This document shows positions 19,371-27,212 of a stretch of 64,000 nucleotides of DNA, piece after piece (position 1 is the first letter of the stretch; each line of letters begins with the position of its first letter). Under the pieces are notes generated by a model that worked only from the letters and a program-made list of their open reading frames with translations, searched no databases and had not been told where the DNA came from. Source of the DNA: Candidatus Cloacimonadales bacterium (lineage in GTDB: Bacteria; Cloacimonadota; Cloacimonadia; Cloacimonadales; JAIOQZ01); the NCBI GenBank assembly GCA_963665815.1, contig OY762463.1:2944001-3008000 (forward strand). The letters run 5' to 3'. The translations under genes were made by a program, and so were the position numbers.

Positions 19371-19937
19371 TTACTTAATCATAAGGCCTTTAGCCATCAT
19401 AACAAGCGGATTGAATGTCGCGAAGTCAGCTTGATGGATAAGAACAGTTTCAACTCTCTGAGGTCTGCCGTCACCTTCTTTAGCGTGGCAGGCGATTGTG
19501 TTAACAATCTCGTCACAGAGACCAACCTGAGCAGCAAGGATAGCACCAGAGAATGGGTGTCTTGCACATTTACCGTTATGTGATTTCTGGTATTTACCAT
19601 CTACACATTCGATTTCTTTGAGTTTACCGACATCATGAAGAAGTCCACCGGAGTAAAGGATGTCCATATCTATTTCATATGGCATAGCCTTGTATGTAGA
19701 TTTTTTAGCATCAGCCAGTGCTGCTGCACCGAGAGTTACAGCTATAGTGTGTTCAATAAGATTCACACCATGAGTTTCTGTAAGTAGAGTAAATGGTATT
19801 TTTTCAAGGTCTTCAGGTTTCCATCCACCTTCTTCTGCGCCTTTAACCCAGCATTCTACGGTTTTATTTTTGATATCTTCATCTTTGATTTTATTTAAAA
19901 TCGGAGCAAAAACTTTTTCAATATAATTCTTCATCAT
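19371..19937 (-). CDS. HD-domain (HDIG-like) metal-dependent phosphohydrolase
   Basis: LIEHTIAV, LLHDVGK, RHPFSG, IACH and HQADF motifs. Confidence 0.85.
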   Translation of the reverse strand: MMKNYIEKVFAPILNKIKDEDIKNKTVECWVKGAEEGGWKPEDLEKIPFTLLTETHGVNLIEHTIAVTLGAAALADAKKSTYKAMPYEIDMDILYSGGLLHDVGKLKEIECVDGKYQKSHNGKCARHPFSGAILAAQVGLCDEIVNTIACHAKEGDGRPQRVETVLIHQADFATFNPLVMMAKGLMIK

Positions 19938-19955
19938 TTCTCCTTTTTAGAAAAT

Positions 19956-19989
19956 AGACCCTTGTTGCTCCGAAGAGCAGCAAAGGTCT
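19956..19989 (-). other. Intra-operon stem-loop with cUUCGg tetraloop
   Basis: Minus strand reads AGACCTTTGCTGCTC-TTCG-GAGCAACAAGGGTCT followed by ATTTT. Confidence 0.6.
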
Positions 19990-20031
19990 GTAAATTAACA
20001 TCTATTACAGCTTATAAGAAAGCCGGTAATA

Positions 20032-21219
20032 TTATTTAAGTTTAGCAATAATTGCATCAGCCATTTCTGTAGTTGAAGCAGCTCCCTGATTAAGAACTTC
20101 TTGAGAACCGCGAAGTTTAAGCATATCGTAAGCTTGTACTTTACCTTCTTCAATTACTTCTGCAACAGCTTTTCTGATTTTTGCAGCCATTTCTTTTTCA
20201 TCGATATGATCAAGCATCATACATGCTGAAAGAACCATAGCGATAGGATTAACAATTGATGGGCTGAAGTTTTCGTATTTTGGAGCTGAACCGTGAGTAG
20301 GTTCGAAAATAGCTACTTCTTTACCAATGTTAGCACTACAAGCGAATCCGAGACCACCAACGAGTCCTGCGAAACCATCAGAAACGATATCACCGAACAT
20401 GTTTCCGGCTACGATTACACCGTAAGTTTCAGGATTTTTTGTAAGCCACATCATTTGTGCATCGATGTTTGTGTTCCAGAGATCGATTCCGGGATATTCT
20501 TTTGCTATTTCTTTTGCGAGTGCAAGCATCATACCGGATGTTTCTCTGATTACGTTTGGTTTTTCACAAAGTGTTACGCTTTTGTAACCGAACTTCTCAG
20601 CATATTCAAAAGCAGCTCTTACGATTCTTTCTGTGTACTTTTTTGTAAAAATACGAGTAGAAACTGAGAGTTCTTCTTTTGGACACCATGCAAAGTTTTT
20701 CATTTTTGGGTGTGTGTTAATTGCGTTGTAAACTTCATCACTTGGATTAGTCCACTCAACACCACCGTAAAGACCTTCTGTATTCTGACGGAATACTACA
20801 ACATCAACTTCTGGTTCTTCGATTGTGTTGTTTGGTCCTTTGCGGATGAAGTTAAGAGGGTTGTTTTTGAATGTACGACATGGACGTGTACAGATATCTA
20901 AGTCAAAGTGTTGACGTAATGCAACGATGGGACTGTAGTAAACATAGCCTTTGTCCTGAAGTTCAGGAGCAAGTTCTGCTGCAGCATCAGATTTTGGTTT
21001 TGATGTGATCGCTCCAAAAAGACTGATTTTGTGTTCTTCAAGTAAATCCAGTGTTCTTTGTGGTAAAGGATTACCTTCTTTACACCAGAATTCCCATCCG
21101 ATATCTGCATGTACGTAGTTTGCTTCGAAACCTGCTGCTTCGAGTACTCTTACAGCTTCAGGTAAAACAACTTTTCCAATACCATCTCCGGGCATTAAAA
21201 CTATTGTTCTTTTAGACAT
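20032..21219 (-). CDS. Beta-decarboxylating dehydrogenase, most like homoisocitrate dehydrogenase
   Basis: PGDGIG, LFGAITS, YYSPIVALRQ (compare fungal Lys12 YSSPIVALR), RQNTEGLY, KPNV, NMFGDIVSD, FEPTHGSAP. Confidence 0.8.
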   Translation of the reverse strand: MSKRTIVLMPGDGIGKVVLPEAVRVLEAAGFEANYVHADIGWEFWCKEGNPLPQRTLDLLEEHKISLFGAITSKPKSDAAAELAPELQDKGYVYYSPIVALRQHFDLDICTRPCRTFKNNPLNFIRKGPNNTIEEPEVDVVVFRQNTEGLYGGVEWTNPSDEVYNAINTHPKMKNFAWCPKEELSVSTRIFTKKYTERIVRAAFEYAEKFGYKSVTLCEKPNVIRETSGMMLALAKEIAKEYPGIDLWNTNIDAQMMWLTKNPETYGVIVAGNMFGDIVSDGFAGLVGGLGFACSANIGKEVAIFEPTHGSAPKYENFSPSIVNPIAMVLSACMMLDHIDEKEMAAKIRKAVAEVIEEGKVQAYDMLKLRGSQEVLNQGAASTTEMADAIIAKLK

Positions 21220-21267
21220 AGTTCCTCCTTAAATAATAACTATTTGTCTTATTTTATTTTTATTGTT

Positions 21268-22842
21268 CTAATCTAATACTTCTCTGACACTGTCGATGAT
21301 TGTTCCGTCTACCCATTTAATTGCAGCAACAACTTTGTCACCAAGTTTCGGATTATCCGGAACACCGCAGATTCTTTCTGCTTCATCTTTCAGTTCTTCG
21401 ATTGTTTTTATAGGAAGTCCTGAGCCTTTCACTTTATCAATAAGATCCTGACGTTTAGGATTAATTGCAATTCCGCGTTCTGTAACGATAACATCTACCA
21501 GTTCTCCCGGTCCACAGATTGTTGTGACAGCTTCACGTATGACAGGAAGCCTATCTCTGAACAGCGGAATAGGAAGGATAGTACACTTAGCGTGCAGACA
21601 GTTCTGCCATCCACCGATACCATGAAGAAGATAACCGTCTGAGTGTGTTGCAACATTACCGTTATAATTAACGTCAACTTCTGTTGCACCGAGTATCATA
21701 ACGTCCATCATGGTGGTGTAATTACCTTTACCGTGGAAATCATAGCAATGGAATATGGAAATATCCTGATGGTTTGTGTTATCTCTCATTGATCTTACTG
21801 CTTCAAGGTCAAATGTCTGAGCATCCATCATAATATCAAGGTAGCCTTCTTCCAGCATTTTTACGGAATACTGAGTAGATCCACCAACAGCAAAACGCGC
21901 TCTGATGTTACGTTTCTTCAGCATTTCGTGGAAGTAAATACCAATTGCAAGAGATGTTCCGCCTGCTCCTGCCTGGAAGCAGAAACCATCGTAGATGAGT
22001 CCTGCAGCATCACAGAATCTCGCTGTAAGATCAGCTATTCTGAGTCTGTCCGGGCTTTTGGTAATCTGAGTTGTACCGGAAACGATTTTTTCAGGGATAC
22101 CGATTTTATCGAATTTAACAACCTGATCAACATAGTTTCCTTCTACCTGCATTGGAAGGCATGGAAAATCTACGAGGTTATCTGTTACAATCATTACATG
22201 TTCAGCATAATGATAATCTGCCAGAGCGTAACCGAGTCCACCACATGCGGATGGTCCGTACATACCGTTTGCATTACCAAATTTATCTGCTGAAGGAGCA
22301 GCAATAACAGCGATGTCAATCACTACTTCACCATCCTGAATAGCCTGATATCTTCCACCGTGGGATCTGAGAATTGCCATTCCACGCATTTTACCTTTAG
22401 AGCAGTAGCGACCGAGAGGTCCGTTCATGGAACCTTCTATATGATGTATAGTACCATCTTCAAGGTAATCAATAATTTCTGCATGACATGGGAATGATGC
22501 TGATGGGAACCATACAAGGTCCTTTACTCCCAGTTCAGATGCTATTGAGAATACCTGATTAGCAACAAGGTCACCATTTCTGAGGTGGTGATGAGTGGAA
22601 ATAACCATTCCGTCTTTCAGACCTGCATTCTGAAGAGCTCTTTTAAGGTTTTCTCTTTCGCTGCCGACATCTATAACTTTGTTACCGTCTGCAGGATAAT
22701 CCAGAGAAGTAGAAATTTTTGGTCCGAATTTTCTTCCGGTAGGTCTGTGCTGACCAACACCTTTAAAAGCAACTTCTTCTTTTCCATTTATTTCCGTAGG
22801 AACTAAGCGTCCTACTGCATTTTTTACGAGATTTACTGACAT
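21268..22842 (-). CDS. citF: Citrate lyase alpha subunit-like CoA/ACP transferase
   Basis: STHHHLRNGD, LRSHGGR, ACGGLGYA, QAGAGG, ILGATEVD, DVIVTERGIAINP and DGTIID are CitF family motifs. Confidence 0.9.
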   Translation of the reverse strand: MSVNLVKNAVGRLVPTEINGKEEVAFKGVGQHRPTGRKFGPKISTSLDYPADGNKVIDVGSERENLKRALQNAGLKDGMVISTHHHLRNGDLVANQVFSIASELGVKDLVWFPSASFPCHAEIIDYLEDGTIHHIEGSMNGPLGRYCSKGKMRGMAILRSHGGRYQAIQDGEVVIDIAVIAAPSADKFGNANGMYGPSACGGLGYALADYHYAEHVMIVTDNLVDFPCLPMQVEGNYVDQVVKFDKIGIPEKIVSGTTQITKSPDRLRIADLTARFCDAAGLIYDGFCFQAGAGGTSLAIGIYFHEMLKKRNIRARFAVGGSTQYSVKMLEEGYLDIMMDAQTFDLEAVRSMRDNTNHQDISIFHCYDFHGKGNYTTMMDVMILGATEVDVNYNGNVATHSDGYLLHGIGGWQNCLHAKCTILPIPLFRDRLPVIREAVTTICGPGELVDVIVTERGIAINPKRQDLIDKVKGSGLPIKTIEELKDEAERICGVPDNPKLGDKVVAAIKWVDGTIIDSVREVLD

Positions 22843-24062
22843 AATTCTTCCCTCCAGTTTTCAGCGAGGATACCTGATTTGATAGCCATATCGATTGTTC
22901 TTTCTGCTCTTTTCACAACAGGCGGATCAATCATTTTTGACCCGAGAGATACAACTCCAAGTCCTTTTTCTGTTGCTTCTATGAAAGCATTCACGATTTT
23001 TTTAGCTTTATCGATTTCTTTTTCATTTGGAGCAAAGTATCTGTGAATTACATCAATCTGACGTGGGTGAATACAGCCCATTCCGTCAAATCCAAGTGAT
23101 TTTGATTCCAGAATAACATCTCTGAGAGCATCCATATCGGAAACATCTGAGAATACGGAGTCAATAGGCTGAATACCGGCTGCTCTGGCAGCGTTTACAA
23201 CCTGTGAACGTGCGAAGAATGTTTCTCTTCCTTCTTTAGTTCTCTGTGTTCCAAGGTCTGCTGTGTAGTCTTCAAGCCCTATTGCCAGAGATACAACATT
23301 ATCAGATGCTGTAGCAATTTCGTATGCTTTGAGTACGCCCATAGCACTTTCGATGATAGGCATGTAGTACACAGGATAATCCATGTTATTTTCTTTCTGG
23401 ATTCTTTTTACTTCATCTTCTACCTGTACAACATGATCTTTTGATTCACATTTTGGAATCAGGATTAGATTTACATTGTAAGGTACAATATATTTAAGAT
23501 CTTCAAGTCCCATCGGAACCTGATTAATTCTTACCATTCTTTCTGCTCCGTACAGTATGCAGGCGAGGAGGGTATTCCTTACGAGAATACGTGCTTCTCC
23601 TTTTTTTGCATGAGCAACAGAGTCTTCCAGATCAAGAATCAGTCCGTCAGGAGAATGAACTCCGGCATTAATAGCCAATTTAGGAGTATTACCCGGAAGA
23701 TAAAGTCTTGATCTTCTGTAACGGTCTTTTTCTGTGTGATATTTGTTTTCAGGAAGCATTTCCGGCAGATACATCTTGTCAGTATCTTTTATCTGCTTAA
23801 CGGCATATTCGATACGTGCCGCCATAACATATTCCAGTGCTCCAGAATCAACAATTTTGACATCAGCATTTTCGATATCAAAGAAACGGATTACTTTTTC
23901 TGCAAATTTTTCAATCTGTGCTCCAAAGAGTATCTTGACTTTACTTTGCAGATCAATCTTGATACCTCCGGATTCTGTCAGTTCTATTTCAACATAACAG
24001 TCGGAACGAACAGATTTACCTTGATTTCCGGCTTTACCTATCTTTGCCAATTCTTCCTCCAT
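22833..24062 (-). CDS. citE: Fusion of a CitD-like ACP domain and a CitE citryl-CoA lyase-like domain
   Basis: N-terminal ~90 aa are CitD-like (AGNQGKSVRSDCYVEI, FGAQI, DSGALEYVMAARIE). The rest is CitE-like (RRSRLYLPG, LDLEDSV, IIES, IGLEDY, CIHPRQI, KMIDPP). Confidence 0.85.
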   Translation of the reverse strand: MEEELAKIGKAGNQGKSVRSDCYVEIELTESGGIKIDLQSKVKILFGAQIEKFAEKVIRFFDIENADVKIVDSGALEYVMAARIEYAVKQIKDTDKMYLPEMLPENKYHTEKDRYRRSRLYLPGNTPKLAINAGVHSPDGLILDLEDSVAHAKKGEARILVRNTLLACILYGAERMVRINQVPMGLEDLKYIVPYNVNLILIPKCESKDHVVQVEDEVKRIQKENNMDYPVYYMPIIESAMGVLKAYEIATASDNVVSLAIGLEDYTADLGTQRTKEGRETFFARSQVVNAARAAGIQPIDSVFSDVSDMDALRDVILESKSLGFDGMGCIHPRQIDVIHRYFAPNEKEIDKAKKIVNAFIEATEKGLGVVSLGSKMIDPPVVKRAERTIDMAIKSGILAENWREELCQ

Positions 24063-24065
24063 GTT

Positions 24066-25358
24066 TTATAAGTATTTTTCTAAGAATTTATATTCGTCTT
24101 CAAGTTTACCGTTATGGGCAATACAAGCTTTTCTTATTTCGAAAGGCAGGTCTGAATCTTTTATTTGTTTGCTGTAATCATTCAGTAATGTTGCTTCCAT
24201 AAACGGCATTAACGCAGCTGAGAATGAATCTGAAGCTTCTCTGGAAAACTCACAAGGCAGATTATCAACTGCACAGTCTGCAAAGCCTTCACCTTCGAAA
24301 CCATCCTGAATCTCACTTGTTTCAGCATTGTAGACAAACACAGGTTTGTCCGGATATGTAGCCTTAACTGTAGGTTCGACTGATCCGTTAATGTCACAGG
24401 TTATATCTCCTATTATAATCATTTTCTGATCTTTGCCTTGTACTTTTTTTAATTCTTCACGAGGTAAAAATACAGGATAGTCAGGAGTCCAGTATATTGC
24501 GTTAACGTAAATTGAAGTATGTTTGATGTATGGTGCGAAAATTGATTTGTATTCTTTGCCGTTTTTAAAGTAGTGTTGTAGATCAAAATCTGAGCCGTCT
24601 TTTCTTGCAGCAAGATGATGCTCTTTAAATACAACAACATAAAGCTTCTTGTTAGAGTAATTACCTTTCAGTTTTTCCAGTTCTTCCGGCTGAATATACT
24701 CTATAGGTAATGTCTCGAGTACTTCACGGCAACCACGTGCAACATGTCCGTATCCAAGTAGCATTATGTTGAATGGTGCAAGCTCTTCAGGTAGTCCGTT
24801 TGTACTGATTTCTTCTCCGATTACTTTCAGTTCTTCCAGAGCATTCTCTAAAGAAGAATACTCATATGACTGTTTAACTTTAAGGAATGGTGTTTCAATA
24901 CCGTTTTGTTTGAGTAGACGCTGTCCTGCTCCCCATAAAGTATCAATCATTCCGGCGTTTCCTGCGAATTTGCCGAAGAATACAAGTCTTTTTCCATCTT
25001 TGTTAACAATTCGTTCGTAGTCGAGTAATGTAGTTTTGGTATCGAGAAACTTCTGAAGTAAAGGCATGTTATAATCCTGCCCTTTGATTGTATGTGAAAA
25101 GAATAAGTGAGGGATTCCGGGGATAATTTTATCAATTGGAATCTCTTTTACTCCTGAAATAAAATCACAATCAGATAAATCTTCTGAGAACACTGCACCT
25201 GCTTTTTCATATTCATCCTGCGTATAAATACGTATATCAGATGGTTGAATAACAACTTCAAATCCTTTTTCCACAAGAGTTTTCACCGCTTCAGGATTAA
25301 GTGCAACGCGTCTTTCCCATTTGTTCTTTGTTTCTTTCATGATACCAAGTTTCTTCAT
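24066..25358 (-). CDS. Lysine-ketoglutarate reductase / saccharopine dehydrogenase (lysine-forming) family, AASS LKR-domain-like
   Basis: WERRVAL, IQPS..R, GVKE, FFSHTIKGQ..NM, LLDYE, FGKFAGNAGMID, GQRLL..TPFL, GDITCD, VDNLPCE, EASDSFS. AAGGAG RBS before 25358. Confidence 0.85.
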   Translation of the reverse strand: MKKLGIMKETKNKWERRVALNPEAVKTLVEKGFEVVIQPSDIRIYTQDEYEKAGAVFSEDLSDCDFISGVKEIPIDKIIPGIPHLFFSHTIKGQDYNMPLLQKFLDTKTTLLDYERIVNKDGKRLVFFGKFAGNAGMIDTLWGAGQRLLKQNGIETPFLKVKQSYEYSSLENALEELKVIGEEISTNGLPEELAPFNIMLLGYGHVARGCREVLETLPIEYIQPEELEKLKGNYSNKKLYVVVFKEHHLAARKDGSDFDLQHYFKNGKEYKSIFAPYIKHTSIYVNAIYWTPDYPVFLPREELKKVQGKDQKMIIIGDITCDINGSVEPTVKATYPDKPVFVYNAETSEIQDGFEGEGFADCAVDNLPCEFSREASDSFSAALMPFMEATLLNDYSKQIKDSDLPFEIRKACIAHNGKLEDEYKFLEKYL

Positions 25359-25403
25359 TAGCAAGCTCCTTTCGAATTCAAAATTTTATTTATAACCAGA
25401 TTT

Positions 25404-26726
25404 CTAGTTATAGTATTTTTCTTTAATGTGAATACCAAGTTCTTCAAGTTCTTTAAGAACAGGTTCGTAAATATCAGCAGTTTTAGGCATGAGAACACCT
25501 TTTCTGGTAATTTTGCCACTGAGTATAAGATGTACACCGATTGCGAGAGGAAGTGCAACAGTTCTAGACATGGATGAGTCTCCATTTGGAATACCGTAAT
25601 CAATCATGGTTGATGTAATACGTTGTTCTTTACCATTAAACTCTGCAACAAACTCATGATGAAGCACAAGCAGGTCTCTTTCACCTTCTTCATAAGACAT
25701 TTTATCCAGCATCAATGCTGTAAGAACGTCAATCGCTCCACCTTTTTTAATAGGAATTGGTGTTTCATCAAAGAATCCAAGCCATCCCATCTTCTTGAGG
25801 ACAATGCCCTTAGGATTGAGATTAAGCTTTTCAGCAAGAATTTTCTCAAGATTATCTGAGTTATCAAGTTTCATGATTTTTTCAGCGATGAAATCACGAA
25901 CTGTTCCTGTGAGGTTGTCATGAATTACTTCTTCCGAGAAGAATCCAAGCTGACCGAATACGTACCATAAGTCACAATGACTGATATTTCTGAATGTTCC
26001 TCTGTACATTGTTTTAACGTGTTTAAGATCGTAAAGATCAATGTAACTGAGTGAATCTCTGTTAGGATAAGCTTCCAGTGTTCCGTATCCTGGAACATCT
26101 ACCAGCCAGTAGTGAGAGAACAGGTTTTTACCTTCGATCTCTACAACTTTTCCGTCACGGAGATATTTTGCATTATTTGATGCAGCAGAAAGTACACCTT
26201 TTGGTGCCCATGAGAATTTGTATCCAAGTGGATTGGTGTTAGCTTCAGGAGCAGGAAGTCCACCGCAATATGACATGAATGATACAATTTTTCCGCCCTT
26301 TTCTTCCACTTCGTGGAATATTTTCATGGCAGACATGTGATCTATACCAGGGTCAACCCCGATTTCGTTAAGTATTGTAATTCCGTTTTCAACAGCCTGA
26401 TCATGCATTGCACGCATTGCCGGGCTTATGTAGGAAGCAGTAGCCATGTTAACTTTATGCTTAATACATTTTTCAGCAACTACAGGATGCATGAATGCCG
26501 GCAGAATACTGACAACGATGTCTTTTCCGATAATATACTCGTCAAGCGAATCAGAGTTTGATCCGTCAATTTGAACTGCTGTCACGTTTGAGTATGGTTT
26601 TGCAAGCTTTTCAGCTTTTTCAAGTATGATGTCCGCAAGGACGATTTCGTAATTGTGTTCCGCTAAATAGTCTACGAGAGGTTTGGAAACCAAACCGGCA
26701 CCGAAAATTGTAACTTTTTTCGACAT
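25404..26726 (-). CDS. Saccharopine dehydrogenase/reductase (glutamate-forming; Lys9/AASS SDH-like)
   Basis: GAGLVS Rossmann motif, TASY, NEIGVDPGIDHMSA, SYCGGLPAPE, NPLGYKFSW, EAYPNRDS, RGTFR, MSRTV. Confidence 0.92.
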   Translation of the reverse strand: MSKKVTIFGAGLVSKPLVDYLAEHNYEIVLADIILEKAEKLAKPYSNVTAVQIDGSNSDSLDEYIIGKDIVVSILPAFMHPVVAEKCIKHKVNMATASYISPAMRAMHDQAVENGITILNEIGVDPGIDHMSAMKIFHEVEEKGGKIVSFMSYCGGLPAPEANTNPLGYKFSWAPKGVLSAASNNAKYLRDGKVVEIEGKNLFSHYWLVDVPGYGTLEAYPNRDSLSYIDLYDLKHVKTMYRGTFRNISHCDLWYVFGQLGFFSEEVIHDNLTGTVRDFIAEKIMKLDNSDNLEKILAEKLNLNPKGIVLKKMGWLGFFDETPIPIKKGGAIDVLTALMLDKMSYEEGERDLLVLHHEFVAEFNGKEQRITSTMIDYGIPNGDSSMSRTVALPLAIGVHLILSGKITRKGVLMPKTADIYEPVLKELEELGIHIKEKYYN

Positions 26727-27212
26727 GAATCCTCCAAATTTTTACAACTTGGAGAAAAAGTTTCACTTTCCAGAAAATGATGTCAATGATTTAAATGAAA
26801 ATATGGATCTTTTAATTTTAATCTCACATCTTAAATAAAATTGCGTTCGTTAATATTCAGGGAAATATTCAAGTTCAAATAATGATTCTCTCAAGAGCTG
26901 TTTAATCGCTTTATAATTCAAATTGAAAAATATCATGTAAAATACGAAAAACCCTATTTGTTAAATAACAAAACAAATAAGCAAACTGTAATACTATGAT
27001 ATTCAGAATGTTAATACTGCGAAATGTAAAATAAGTATTTTCCGGAATGCAAATAATATACATAAATTACTTTTTGAAAGTAACCTCCAAAGACATCATT
27101 ATATACTTCCTGTTTTTTCCTCGTATTTCTTACAAGATTTTTTTTGATTGACACTCAGAAAAATTTGTATCAGTTTATGTACAAATACTTTTAAACTTGC
27201 AAAGGAGAATGT

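Noticed and set aside
15494-21219. Ordinary leucine biosynthesis (leuBCD) operon
   Set aside because: No leuA or ilv genes. The dehydrogenase lacks the LeuB specificity motif, and the context is saccharopine and citrate-lyase genes.
21268-24062. Standard citrate fermentation cluster
   Set aside because: No citC, citG, citX, citrate transporter, oxaloacetate decarboxylase or CitAB in the window, and the ACP motif is altered. Citrate use cannot be fully excluded.
26727-27212. Lysine riboswitch upstream of the saccharopine operon
   Set aside because: A minus-strand TTGACA lies only about 55-60 nt before the start, leaving too short a leader, and the region is AT-rich without recognisable riboswitch stems.
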